A stretch of 64,000 nucleotides of DNA from an uncultured Muribaculaceae bacterium (lineage in GTDB: Bacteria > Bacteroidota > Bacteroidia > Bacteroidales > Muribaculaceae): assembly GCA_948665475.1 (NCBI GenBank), contig CAPNHY010000008.1, positions 5,928 to 69,927 on the forward strand, read 5' to 3'. Both the position numbers and the translations under genes were made by a program. The notes beneath the pieces are model-generated. The model had not been told where the DNA came from and made no database searches. It saw only the letters and a program-made list of their open reading frames with translations. Shown piece by piece: positions 50,658 through 60,492 of the stretch; position 1 is the first letter of the stretch, and the number at the start of each line of letters is the position of its first letter.

Positions 50658-50682
50658 ACTCTCTTAATACAGACATAAAAGT

Positions 50683-52233
50683 ATGAAACTATATAAATAT
50701 GCAGCCATAGCCTGCCTGGGCCTGGGTCTTGCCACCGCTTCCTGCGCCGGCGACCTCGACGTCACCCCCGACGACCCCCAGACCAAGCTTGACATCACCA
50801 CCACGGCAGAGTGGTACGGCTACCTGGGCAGCCTCTACGGCTCGCTCCTCTACGAGGGCAACATATCCTATCCCGGCACCAACGGCGGCGACGGCGTGTT
50901 CATGCGCTGCCACTGGAACCTTCAGGAACTCAGCGCCGACGGAGCCGTCATCATGAACGAATGGAACGACCCCGGCTACCACGCCATCTTCGAGCACACC
51001 TGGTACGACAACAATCCCTGGACCTACCTGAGCTATGCCCGTGAGGCCGACATCGCACGCAAGACCACCGTGTTCATCGAGCAGATCGCCAATGCCGGCG
51101 ACCTCCTCACCGACGCCGAGAAGACGGCATTCACCGCCGAGGCCCGCGTGCTCCGCGCGTTCGCTTACTGGAACATGATCGACCTCTTCGGTCACGGCCC
51201 CTGGGTTCCCGGTTCCCTCACAGGTTCCATACCTCCCACCTACGACCGCAAGCAGCTCTTCGACGCCACAGTGGCCGACCTCGCGGACGCCATTCCCTCC
51301 GTACCCGTGGCCGCCGAGCAGACCTACGGCCGCGTGAGCCGCGAGGCTGCCTACATGCTGCTGGCCAAGCTCTACCTCAACGCCGGCGTCTACACGGGCA
51401 CCCCGATGTACGAGGAGTGCGCCGCAGCCTGCAAGAAGGTTCTTGAAGGCGGCATGACCCTTGCCAGGGAATACAAATACCTCTTCTGCGGCAGCAACGA
51501 CCGCTACGTAGGCAAGGGTGAGATACTCTGGGCCGCACCGCAGCAGGCCGGCACCATGGAGAGCTGGGGCGGCACGACCTACCTCTGCGCCGGCGCATAT
51601 TGCTCGGCCATACCCAAGGATGTGCTCCTGCAGTGGGGCTGCGACATTTCGCCATGGAACGGCCTCAAGGTCAAGCCCGAGCTTATCAACTCTTTCGAGC
51701 CCGGCGACAAGCGCTACCTCTTCTACGGCGACGGCTTCAACAACAGCGTGGCCGACCTGGAGAGCTACGAGACCGAGGGATATGTATGCTGCAAGTACCG
51801 CTACGTGAGCGAGGACAACTACGACAACGACCCGAACGTCGGACCGGTTGTGAAGAACTCCAGCGGCATGAACGACGCCGACTATCCCATCTTCCGCCTG
51901 GCCGACACCTACCTGATGCTGGCCGAGTGCGAGCTCAACGGCGTGAAGGACTGCAACGGCCTCTACTACTACAACGAGGTGCGCGACCGCGCAGGCCTGC
52001 CCAAAGTCGGCAGCTTCAGCAAGAGCGACCTGCTGCACGAGCGCCAGTGCGAACTCTACTGGGAGGGCCACCGTCGCAGCGACCTCATCCGCTTCGGACT
52101 CTTCACCGGCAGCCAGTATCTCTGGAGCTGGAAGGGCGGCGAAGCGGCCGGCGCTTCCATCGCCGACTTCCGTTCGGTCTACGCCATCCCCTATCAGTAC
52201 GTAGCAACCGTAGGACAGAACACGGGTTATTAA
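50683..52233 (+). CDS. SusD/RagB glycan-binding lipoprotein
   Basis: Lipobox TASC; EARVLRAFAY, FRLADTYLMLAE, ERQCELYWEGHRRSDLIRFG. Confidence 0.95.
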   Translation: MKLYKYAAIACLGLGLATASCAGDLDVTPDDPQTKLDITTTAEWYGYLGSLYGSLLYEGNISYPGTNGGDGVFMRCHWNLQELSADGAVIMNEWNDPGYHAIFEHTWYDNNPWTYLSYAREADIARKTTVFIEQIANAGDLLTDAEKTAFTAEARVLRAFAYWNMIDLFGHGPWVPGSLTGSIPPTYDRKQLFDATVADLADAIPSVPVAAEQTYGRVSREAAYMLLAKLYLNAGVYTGTPMYEECAAACKKVLEGGMTLAREYKYLFCGSNDRYVGKGEILWAAPQQAGTMESWGGTTYLCAGAYCSAIPKDVLLQWGCDISPWNGLKVKPELINSFEPGDKRYLFYGDGFNNSVADLESYETEGYVCCKYRYVSEDNYDNDPNVGPVVKNSSGMNDADYPIFRLADTYLMLAECELNGVKDCNGLYYYNEVRDRAGLPKVGSFSKSDLLHERQCELYWEGHRRSDLIRFGLFTGSQYLWSWKGGEAAGASIADFRSVYAIPYQYVATVGQNTGY

Positions 52234-52323
52234 GTCAAAAGTTTATAGTTCAGAGTTTATAGGTAAGAAGGATTTCCTCTTTGCTGACAGACGAGAAGCT
52301 ATACAAAAAAATAAATAACGATT

Positions 52324-53610
52324 ATGAAAAAAATCAGCATACTGATGGGCGCACTGGCCCTCGCCGGCGGTTTCGCATCCTGCTCCGACGACGACACCCC
52401 CGCGCTCAACACCCCCGAGAGCTTCGTGCTGAACACGCCTCCCATGGCCGACCAGTATTACGAGCTCACCCCCGGCGGCACTATAGCCCTGAGCTGCTCG
52501 CAGCCCGAGTACGGCTTCGTGGCAGCCGTCACCTACGGCGTGGAAATGTCGCTCGACAAGAGCGAGGACAACGTCTATGCCATCGAGTCCAACGCACCCT
52601 CGCAGGCCGCCTTCACCATCAGCCAGGATGCCGTAGCCATGGGTTTCTGCAAGCTGAACGGCATAGAGACAGCCGACCAGTGGAACGAACTCAATCCCGG
52701 CTATGCGCCCGTCTATCTCCGTGCCACCGCACAGCTTAACAAAGACGGCGTAGGCCTGGTGAAGAGCAACTGGATCGAACTCAAGAACGTCAAGCCCTAC
52801 TTCGCAGTGCCTGTTCCCGGCTTCATCTACCTCATCGGCACGCCTTCGGAATGGAGCATGGACCTTACCGAAACTCTGAAGAAATGGCGCCTCTACGAGG
52901 ATGACAAGGCTATAGGCTCCAAGATCTACACCGGCGTATTCAATATCCCCGCCGGCGACGTGCTCTTCCGCTTCTACACCGAGCTCGACGGCAACTGGGA
53001 CACCTTCAGCTACGGCCCCGCCAACAACCACAACGGCGACGCAGTGGCATCGGACGGCGCTTTCAACATCACCTGCGAGTTCAACGCCGACGGCGAGTTC
53101 ACCGACGGCATCAAGGCCACGAAGGACAACTTCCACTTCCCGAACTGGGATGGCGGTCAGGTAACCATCATCGTGGACATGAGCAAGGAGGACGCCATGA
53201 CCGTCACAATGGTACGCGGCGAGCACAAGCCCGTAGTCACCAACTACGCCTACATGGTGGGCAACAACGGCGGCTGGGCAAAACCGGATGCCGAATCGGT
53301 CTACGCTACCGACTGGCGTCTGACCGATGAAGGCGCCACCGGCATCTATACCGGAACCTTCCAGATGCCGGCCGACTTCGGCAACGACGGCGACAAGCTC
53401 TACTGCCGCTTCTACGACGCACTCGCAGGCTGGGGCGCCGCCAAATGGTCGGCAGCCGCCGACGGCTCTAATGTCGATGCTTTCTCGGGCATAGCATTGC
53501 CCACCGTCACGGGCGAGGGATGCTTCGTGCTCGCCGGCGCCGCAGGCCACAGCGTCACCGTCAATCTTGACGCCAACAACAACGAGGTCACATTCACCAT
53601 CAACGACTAA
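52324..53610 (+). CDS. SusE-like surface glycan-binding lipoprotein
   Basis: Lipobox FASC; FVLNTP..SQPEYG SusE-type N-domain; YLIG/YMVG carbohydrate-binding-like modules. Confidence 0.8.
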   Translation: MKKISILMGALALAGGFASCSDDDTPALNTPESFVLNTPPMADQYYELTPGGTIALSCSQPEYGFVAAVTYGVEMSLDKSEDNVYAIESNAPSQAAFTISQDAVAMGFCKLNGIETADQWNELNPGYAPVYLRATAQLNKDGVGLVKSNWIELKNVKPYFAVPVPGFIYLIGTPSEWSMDLTETLKKWRLYEDDKAIGSKIYTGVFNIPAGDVLFRFYTELDGNWDTFSYGPANNHNGDAVASDGAFNITCEFNADGEFTDGIKATKDNFHFPNWDGGQVTIIVDMSKEDAMTVTMVRGEHKPVVTNYAYMVGNNGGWAKPDAESVYATDWRLTDEGATGIYTGTFQMPADFGNDGDKLYCRFYDALAGWGAAKWSAAADGSNVDAFSGIALPTVTGEGCFVLAGAAGHSVTVNLDANNNEVTFTIND

Positions 53611-53616
53611 CGCTTT

Positions 53617-54990
53617 ATGAACAAACTGTATATTCTCTGTGCTCTCGGCATGGGCCTCGCATTCACCTCCTGCGATGAGGTGGAGGACAGCCTGGCCAAG
53701 CCGCAGACCAACCCCCAGGAGGCTCCTTTCGACGCCTCCGTCATAGCGGTAACTCCCGATGCGTCGCTCCTCAACCTTATCGAGCTGAACGCACAGAACA
53801 AACCCGCACAGCTGGCCGTCGCCACGCTCGGCGACACCGAGGGCTACACCCTGCGCCTGGCCGCACAGCTGGCAAAGACCGAGGACTTTGCCGAGCCCGT
53901 AGCCATCGAAACCGAGAACGGCGCAGACGGCGTTGTCAGCGTGTCGGCCGACGAGCTTCAGAATTTCTATTACGACAAGGTGACCCACGACCCCCGCGAG
54001 GGCAACGCCTATGTGCGCTTCGCTGCCTATGCAGCCAAGGGCACCTCGGAAGTGCGCATCGGCGGTCCGGACTTCTATTACGGCCCCTACGAGCTGAGCA
54101 TCAAGCCCTTCGATGCTGAAAAGGTGATCGAGGACAGCTACACGCTCAAAATCGGCGACCAGGAGATACCTTTCGGCCACACAGCCGTAAGCCCCTACGA
54201 CGACCCCGTGTTCAGCGTGGTGGCACAGGCAACGGACGGCGCCGAATGGCAGGTGGTATCGGCCACGGGTACGGTCTACGGTCCGGCCGGCGCCACAGAC
54301 GCCACCGGCGACCTTCTGGCCGACGCTCCGGCAGGCAAGTTCGGCGTCAACGGTCCCGTGATGTTCTCCATCAACATGCTCACCGACACCTATGAGTACA
54401 AGCTGGCCTACGAGTGCATGTACACCCCGGGCGGCAGCAACGGCTGGAGCGCAACGGCATCGCAGATACTGACTACCGACAACTACGACTACTACAGCGG
54501 CGTCGTAGTAATCGACGAGGCAGGCTTCAAGATGAACCCCGACAATGACTGGAAGGGCCACGACATGGGCGTGGGCGAGGCACTCACGGAGACGGCTCCG
54601 GGCGTTTACGAGGGCAGCCTCAACGGCGGCGGCAACATCACCGCCGGCGCGAAGGGTCTCTACTACGTGGAGTTTACCCTCAGCACCCGTGCCATCAAGA
54701 TCAGTGCCATCAACTCTCTCGGCGCCATCGGCGGCTTCAACGGCTGGGCTGCAAGCGAGCCTATGCTTCCCTCCGACGACTTCCTGGTATGGACCTCGGC
54801 ACCCCTGGACTTCCCCGCCGACTGCGAATGGAAGATACGCGCCAATGACGGCTGGACCATCAACTGGGGCGATTCGCTGAATCCTCTGAAGTTCAACGCC
54901 GGCAACATCAAGACCCCCGAGGCCGGCAAGTATGTCGTGACCGTGGACTTCTCGGCTGTACCTTATGTAGCTACTCTTACAAAGCAGTAA
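53617..54990 (+). CDS. SusF-like (DUF5115-type) surface lipoprotein
   Basis: Lipobox FTSC; C-terminal IGGFNGW..WKIRANDGWTINWG module. Confidence 0.75.
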   Translation: MNKLYILCALGMGLAFTSCDEVEDSLAKPQTNPQEAPFDASVIAVTPDASLLNLIELNAQNKPAQLAVATLGDTEGYTLRLAAQLAKTEDFAEPVAIETENGADGVVSVSADELQNFYYDKVTHDPREGNAYVRFAAYAAKGTSEVRIGGPDFYYGPYELSIKPFDAEKVIEDSYTLKIGDQEIPFGHTAVSPYDDPVFSVVAQATDGAEWQVVSATGTVYGPAGATDATGDLLADAPAGKFGVNGPVMFSINMLTDTYEYKLAYECMYTPGGSNGWSATASQILTTDNYDYYSGVVVIDEAGFKMNPDNDWKGHDMGVGEALTETAPGVYEGSLNGGGNITAGAKGLYYVEFTLSTRAIKISAINSLGAIGGFNGWAASEPMLPSDDFLVWTSAPLDFPADCEWKIRANDGWTINWGDSLNPLKFNAGNIKTPEAGKYVVTVDFSAVPYVATLTKQ

Positions 54991-55011
54991 AGACTGTAAT
55001 CGCAAAATAGA

Positions 55012-55050
55012 ATACCGCCCGTGAGCCGAGTGCCCACGGGCGGCATTTTA
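55012..55050 (+). terminator. Terminator of the Sus locus
   Basis: CCGCCCGTG...CACGGGCGG then T-rich. Confidence 0.75.
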
Positions 55051-55116
55051 TTTAGTGGTTTATGGTTTATGGTTTAGAGGATGGCTTCTTGTTGGTGTCT
55101 TTCGGTCGGGTATGCT

Positions 55117-55569
55117 TCAGACGGCGAGGATTTGGTCGGCGTGCGTCTTGGTCTTGATCTGCTTGGGCGTGAAGATGTGGGTGATGGTGCCGTCGGGACC
55201 GATAAGGAATGTGGTGCGCAGGGTGCCCATGTATTTGCGCCCGTACATGGACTTCTCGCCCCATACGCCCATGGCCTCCTGAAGGCGGTGGTCGGTGTCG
55301 GCAATGAGAGTGAAGGGCAGGCCGTGGGCGGCGATGAATTTCTGATGCGATGCGGCCGGGTCGCTGCTGACGCCTACTATGCTGTAGCCTTTGGCGGCGA
55401 GGGCGTCGATGTTGTCGCGCAGCGAGCAGGCCTCGGCTGTGCATCCGGATGTGTTGTCCTTGGGGTAGAAATAGAGTACGAGGTTATGGCCGGCGAAGTC
55501 GGACAGTTTTACTTCCTTGCCGTTCTGGTCGGTGCCCAGCAGTTCGGGCGCTTTGTCTCCTATGTTCAT
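55117..55569 (-). CDS. bcp: Thioredoxin-dependent thiol peroxidase
   Basis: YFYPKDNTSGCTAEAC, GTLRTTFLI. Confidence 0.95.
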   Translation of the reverse strand: MNIGDKAPELLGTDQNGKEVKLSDFAGHNLVLYFYPKDNTSGCTAEACSLRDNIDALAAKGYSIVGVSSDPAASHQKFIAAHGLPFTLIADTDHRLQEAMGVWGEKSMYGRKYMGTLRTTFLIGPDGTITHIFTPKQIKTKTHADQILAV

Positions 55570-55706
55570 AATTTTGCTGATAAGGGGTAATTCTTCATTG
55601 AAACGCCAAAGTTACGAAAAAAGTGCGAAGCGGACGTGGTTCGACTGAATCGCGGGTGAACAATAAGGAGAGATTTTTCATTTGTTTTTGTATAAGGCAT
55701 ATAAAA

Positions 55707-57146
55707 ATGAAGAAGGATACGATATACAGCAGATTCTCACATCTGGCGGCTCACAGACCCGACGCGACGGCTGTGGCAGAGGACGGGCGGACGGTGACGT
55801 ACCGCGAACTTGACGCGATGGCTGACGCCATAATGTCGAAATTCTATGATGACCGATACGCGACCGTAGGCATAGTGATGAGCCACGGCATAGAGATGGT
55901 GGCGGCCATGCTGGCAGTGCTGAAGAGTGGGGCGGCCTATGTGCCCGCGGAGCCGTCGCTGCCGCAGGAACGCATCGACTACATGATGCGTACGGCGTCG
56001 GTGGACTTCGTGATAACGGACGGCTACTGCCGCAACCTGCCGGAGGCTCAGCCGCTGGCCGACAGGTCGGAGCCGCACGGTGTGGCCTACATACTTTATA
56101 CTTCGGGCACTTCCGGCCGGCCGAAAGGCGTGGTGGTGGAAAACCACAGCGTGGTGAACTATGCGGAGGCTTTCGAGCATGAGTTCCACGTGGGGCCGGG
56201 CGATGTGATGCTGCAATATTCCGTGTGCTCGTTCGACATATTCGTGGAGGAGGTTTTCACCACGCTCCTGAACGGAGCCGCGCTTGCCATACCCTCGAAG
56301 GAGGTGCACGACGGCAGTCTTGCCGACCTTATGGCCTTCTGCGAACGCCACGGCGTGACGGAGATAAGCGGGTTCCCGTATCTGCTGGCCGACATGAACC
56401 GCTACCGCGTGCACCCGTCGCGGCTGCGGCTGCTCATCAGCGGCGGCGATGTGCTGCGGGCGGCGTACATAACGTGGCTCAAAGACCGGGACTTCGTGAT
56501 ATACAATACTTACGGGCCGAGCGAGACGACGGTGTGCGCCACGTATTTCCGAGTTGACAACGCCACGCCTCTTGAGGACGGCACTTATCCGGTGGGCAGG
56601 CCCGTAAGGGGTGTCGAGGTGGAGATACTCGACAACGACCTGAGGGCGGTGCGAGAGGGCAGGACCGGGGAGATATGCATCCTCGGCGAAGGCGTGTCGC
56701 GCGGCTACATCGGCAATCCTCCCGAACAGGTGAATTTTGTGGTCCTCGATGACGGCAAGCGCGCCTACCGCAGCGGCGACCTGGGCTATCGGCTGCCCGA
56801 CGGCAGCATCGCCTTCCTGCGGCGTAAGGACCGGCAGGTGATGATTCTGGGCAAGCGCGTGGAGCCGGAGGAAGTGGAGAATGTGCTGAACGAGTCGCCC
56901 TGCGTGGAGCGCGGGGTGGTGCGGGCACACACCGACGAGCACGGACTGGCCTACCTGACGGCCTACTTCGTGCCGTCGCACAAGAACTGCCGGCTGAGCC
57001 GCATAAAGAGCTTCCTGCGGTCGCGTCTGGCCGACTTCATGGTGCCGGAGTTCTTCGTGAGAATGGACGAGATACCGCTTACGGTGCGCGGCAAGGTCAA
57101 CGACCATGCGCTGCCCGTGGTGCTGAAGGAAGGGGAGGAGGAATGA
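55707..57146 (+). CDS. Stand-alone amino acid adenylation domain protein (NRPS/DltA-like)
   Basis: LKSGAAYVP, YTSGTSGRPKG, SFD, NTYGPSE, GEICILG, YRSGDL, PLTVRGK. Confidence 0.88.
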   Translation: MKKDTIYSRFSHLAAHRPDATAVAEDGRTVTYRELDAMADAIMSKFYDDRYATVGIVMSHGIEMVAAMLAVLKSGAAYVPAEPSLPQERIDYMMRTASVDFVITDGYCRNLPEAQPLADRSEPHGVAYILYTSGTSGRPKGVVVENHSVVNYAEAFEHEFHVGPGDVMLQYSVCSFDIFVEEVFTTLLNGAALAIPSKEVHDGSLADLMAFCERHGVTEISGFPYLLADMNRYRVHPSRLRLLISGGDVLRAAYITWLKDRDFVIYNTYGPSETTVCATYFRVDNATPLEDGTYPVGRPVRGVEVEILDNDLRAVREGRTGEICILGEGVSRGYIGNPPEQVNFVVLDDGKRAYRSGDLGYRLPDGSIAFLRRKDRQVMILGKRVEPEEVENVLNESPCVERGVVRAHTDEHGLAYLTAYFVPSHKNCRLSRIKSFLRSRLADFMVPEFFVRMDEIPLTVRGKVNDHALPVVLKEGEEE

Positions 57147-57610
57147 ACATAACGATACGGGAAATATCGGCAGTCGCGACGCTGATGCACTGGCGCGCCG
57201 AGGTGATAGGGGAAGTGTTCGGCTCGGTGCCGTCGAAGCGCCTGCTGGTAGCCAACCGGCGCTATTACCGCGAGCACGCCGCGGATGGCACGCATTATGC
57301 CGTCGTGGCCGCGGCGGACGGCACAGACGCCGGGTGCGGAGCCATCTGCCTCTCGGACGAGCTGCCGTCGCCCGACAATCCTTCGGGCCGATGTGCATAC
57401 CTTATGAATATATATGTGCGCCGGGAGTATCGTTGCCGCGGCATAGGCCACGCCATCGTACGCCGGCTTGTGGAAAAAGCCCGAGAACTGGGCTGCGACA
57501 AGATATATCTTGAAACAACCGAGGGGGCACGTCCGTTATATAAAAGTATCGGGTTTGAGGAGATGCCCGGAATGATGAAGTATGCAGACGTTCAGAACAG
57601 GAAACCTTAG
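57143..57610 (+). CDS. GNAT family N-acetyltransferase
   Basis: YVRREYRCRGIG acetyl-CoA motif; LYKSIGF. Confidence 0.9.
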   Translation: MNITIREISAVATLMHWRAEVIGEVFGSVPSKRLLVANRRYYREHAADGTHYAVVAAADGTDAGCGAICLSDELPSPDNPSGRCAYLMNIYVRREYRCRGIGHAIVRRLVEKARELGCDKIYLETTEGARPLYKSIGFEEMPGMMKYADVQNRKP

Positions 57611-58268
57611 GATAACGGCAGTGAAAGAGTCGGGCGGCAGGATATGCTATGTGCTTTATCCTTTCGACGGCCTCGGCGAGTGGATAGAGCAGGCGGCGCA
57701 GAAGTACGGCGTGTCGCTGGCCGTGATAACCGGCATGGACTGGGACGATGACCTCACGCCGTGGCCGGCAGCGGGGCAACCGCCGGGCAGTCCCGACTTC
57801 AGGGGTAATGCGGCCGGGTTCCTTTCCACCATTGTTTCGGAGGTGATACCCGAGGTGGAGCGACGGCTGGGCATAGCACCCGGTGCCGAGAGGACGCTGG
57901 CCGGTGTATCCCTTTCCGGGCTGTTCACTCTGTGGCAATGGCTGACGAACGATACTTTCCGGAACATCATCAGTCTCTCCGGCTCATTCTGGTACGCCGG
58001 CTTCGCCGACTGGGCCGTAAGACAGTCCGTGTCGGGCAAAACCGGCAGGGCGTACTTTCTGCTCGGCAACCGTGAGGCAAAGAGCAGCGTCAGGGCTTTC
58101 CGGCCGGTGCAGACCGACACGGAGAAGATAGTCCGCTACCTGCAGGACAACGGCGTCGATGTCGTCTTCGAGTTAGTGCCGGGCGACCATTACCAGTACG
58201 CCGAGGAGCGCCTCGACCTGGCTTTTGGCCGGATGTTTTTTCAGGACAGTAAAATTTCAGGAACTTAG
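57582..58268 (+). CDS. Alpha/beta-hydrolase (esterase-like)
   Basis: GVSLSGLF nucleophile elbow, SGSFW, PGDH. Confidence 0.85.
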   Translation: MQTFRTGNLRITAVKESGGRICYVLYPFDGLGEWIEQAAQKYGVSLAVITGMDWDDDLTPWPAAGQPPGSPDFRGNAAGFLSTIVSEVIPEVERRLGIAPGAERTLAGVSLSGLFTLWQWLTNDTFRNIISLSGSFWYAGFADWAVRQSVSGKTGRAYFLLGNREAKSSVRAFRPVQTDTEKIVRYLQDNGVDVVFELVPGDHYQYAEERLDLAFGRMFFQDSKISGT

Positions 58269-58318
58269 TCCTATTCCATGGGACTTTCTTCCTGAGAAAT
58301 TACTGTATAATAGAACGG

Positions 58319-58417
58319 TCAGTCTCCGAACACATCGCGGGCGACATTATCCGGGTTGACATATTCCGAATACTCCATCGACGTGAGTCGATTGCTGTTC
58401 ATCTCTGCTCCCGACAT
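58319..58417 (-). pseudogene. Deletion remnant resembling a zeta-toxin-family locus
   Basis: Translates MSGAEMNSNRLTSMEYSEYVNPDNVARDVFGD*. Confidence 0.4.
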
Positions 58418-58425
58418 TTTAAAGT

Positions 58426-58827
58426 TTACAATAAAAAGAATATGTCAAACGGATTAGCTGCCGCCATTTGTGCTGTTGAGAAATCCGGATCCCAATAACG
58501 TTTTAATTTGAGCATGGTGCGTATTTGCCCGGCTTTCTGCGAGACGGTTGAAGAAGATGTGCCAAAATGTTCAATTATTTCAGATAATGGCAGATAAGGT
58601 TCGAATGATTTGTCGAACAAAAAATTCATTGTCGCTATGGTATAAACCACTGCGGCTGCCCATATTTCCAACCGACCCCGTTCAAGAGGGTTCGTTCTCT
58701 TGCGTCCCAGTTTCCGAACCATTTTCTCGCAGAGTGAAGCATATTCTGCATCAATTTTCTCATTACAGAAGCTGACTGCCAGTCTGACAATCTCGTCCTC
58801 TCTCGCCTTTATTTCAGCCTTATCCAT
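58426..58827 (-). CDS. DUF6398-like protein
   Basis: KLGRKR..LERGRLEIWAAAVVY..NFLFDKS..STVSQKA. Confidence 0.7.
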   Translation of the reverse strand: MDKAEIKAREDEIVRLAVSFCNEKIDAEYASLCEKMVRKLGRKRTNPLERGRLEIWAAAVVYTIATMNFLFDKSFEPYLPLSEIIEHFGTSSSTVSQKAGQIRTMLKLKRYWDPDFSTAQMAAANPFDIFFLL

Positions 58828-59032
58828 GTGATTATACTCCTTTTCGTTTTTCAACGCCAAAGTTACGAAAAAAGTCTGAACCGACCTTCTGTTTTATTAT
58901 CGTTGATTAGGAGTCTTATTTCACTTCCTCAAATCTAACCATACTTGATTATCAGTATTTTAGTATTACATGATACAAATATGGATATTCAAGTTCATAG
59001 GAATGACATCAGTTACTTTGTCGTTTTTAGTC

Positions 59033-60028
59033 TCATCTTGTTTCTTCCCATTCTTTTTTTACTCGCTCGACTTCCGCTATCAGCTGCTGCTCTGTGGGAA
59101 GATAGAGTTGATATTTAGATGCAACAATTGTGTTATTGTCCGAGGGAAGGGTCATCTTAACCAATGTGTCGTTTTTGGCAGTGCATAGTAATATGCCGAT
59201 TGTGGGATTCTCCTCCGGGAGTTTCTCAGTACGGTCGTAGTAATTGACATACATCTGCAATTGTCCCAGATCCTGATGAGTTACCTCGCCTGTCTTTAAC
59301 TCAAAAATCACGAACCGGCGAGCAAGACGGTTGTAAAAGACTAAGTCGATGAAAAACTCATCATCTTCAAGAATGATTCGTTTTTGACGCGCTACGAAAG
59401 TGAACCCATTGCCAAGCTCAAGAATAAATTCCTGTAAGTGATTGATTAATTCCGTTTCAAGGTCACTCTCATAGTAATGCGCTTTCTTTTCCAAACCCAG
59501 GAATTCCAAAACCATTGGATCCTTAACTATTTCCTGCGGTGTTTCGGGTGCTCTCTCTTTCCGCGCCATTGCGAGCACAGATTCTTTATCATTGCTAAGA
59601 AGCAAGCGTTCATATAGCATTGAATTAATCTGACGTTGCATCTGGCGTGCAGTCCAGCAATTACTTGCCGCTTCAAGCTCGTAATATTCGCGCTTGTCTT
59701 TGTCTGGAATTTGAATTAATGCTCGATACTGAGTCCAGTTGAATTGTGAACGCAGTGCGTTCACTTTTGGGTATTCCAGGAAATACTGCCTTGCAAAATT
59801 AAGTTGACGATAGCTAAAACCACTTCCGTATTCGGGTTCTATCTCTTGGGCAAGATTCTTTATAAGACCTTTACCATACTCAGCACGCGCACTCCCGCCC
59901 TGTTCCTCCTCGACAATGCGACGACCTATTTGCCAGTACATCTGTACGCGACAAAAGTCAACTGAGCGGACAGCATTAGACCGAGAAGTTTCAATAATCG
60001 AGCGTATTTCAGATATTAAATTCTTCAT
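59033..60028 (-). CDS. YhcG/DUF1016 PD-(D/E)XK nuclease-domain protein
   Basis: YWQIGRRIVEEEQ, KDPMVLEFLGL, FVARQKRI, DLGQLQMYVNY. Confidence 0.92.
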   Translation of the reverse strand: MKNLISEIRSIIETSRSNAVRSVDFCRVQMYWQIGRRIVEEEQGGSARAEYGKGLIKNLAQEIEPEYGSGFSYRQLNFARQYFLEYPKVNALRSQFNWTQYRALIQIPDKDKREYYELEAASNCWTARQMQRQINSMLYERLLLSNDKESVLAMARKERAPETPQEIVKDPMVLEFLGLEKKAHYYESDLETELINHLQEFILELGNGFTFVARQKRIILEDDEFFIDLVFYNRLARRFVIFELKTGEVTHQDLGQLQMYVNYYDRTEKLPEENPTIGILLCTAKNDTLVKMTLPSDNNTIVASKYQLYLPTEQQLIAEVERVKKEWEETR

Positions 60029-60183
60029 GTGTTTATGATGACTGGTTGTCAGTTATTTCGCAAGCGACATAGTGGTATCTTATCAAATGTCAAAGTTAAA
60101 GAAAAAAATCGGAATGGATTCCTTGAATATGGGAATATTTGAGGAATCCATTCCGTAAATCTGTTTGAAGGGGGAATCCGGGG

Positions 60184-60360
60184 TCAGGCGAGGGTGTATT
60201 TGCAGCGGACTGGAGAAACGATGGTGCCGTCTTTTTTGAGCTGCGCGAAGATTTTGTCGACCACTTTCTTGTCGAGGCCGGTGGTTTCGGCCACTTTCGA
60301 TGCGTTGACGGGCTCTCCTGCATTGCGGATTGCCTCGATTACTTTGGTTTTATCGTCCAT
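60184..60360 (-). CDS. Small winged-HTH protein (absent from ORF track, 58 aa)
   Basis: MDDKTKVIEAIRNAGEPVNASKVAETTGLDKKVVDKIFAQLKKDGTIVSPVRCKYTLA. Confidence 0.8.
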   Translation of the reverse strand: MDDKTKVIEAIRNAGEPVNASKVAETTGLDKKVVDKIFAQLKKDGTIVSPVRCKYTLA

Positions 60361-60492
60361 AAGTCAGATATTTTGAGGTCATAAGTTGAATTTTTCGAGA
60401 GTCAGTGTTGCTTTTTAGGGTTGAGAAAACGAAGACACGCATCGCGTGGACGCGTGTCTCCTGATTACGTTCTATTTCGTCGCTAAAGAAGC

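Noticed and set aside
55056..55078. Heptamer tandem TGGTTTA x3 (and similar at 52240-52262)
   Set aside because: Short intergenic microsatellite-like runs with no evident function
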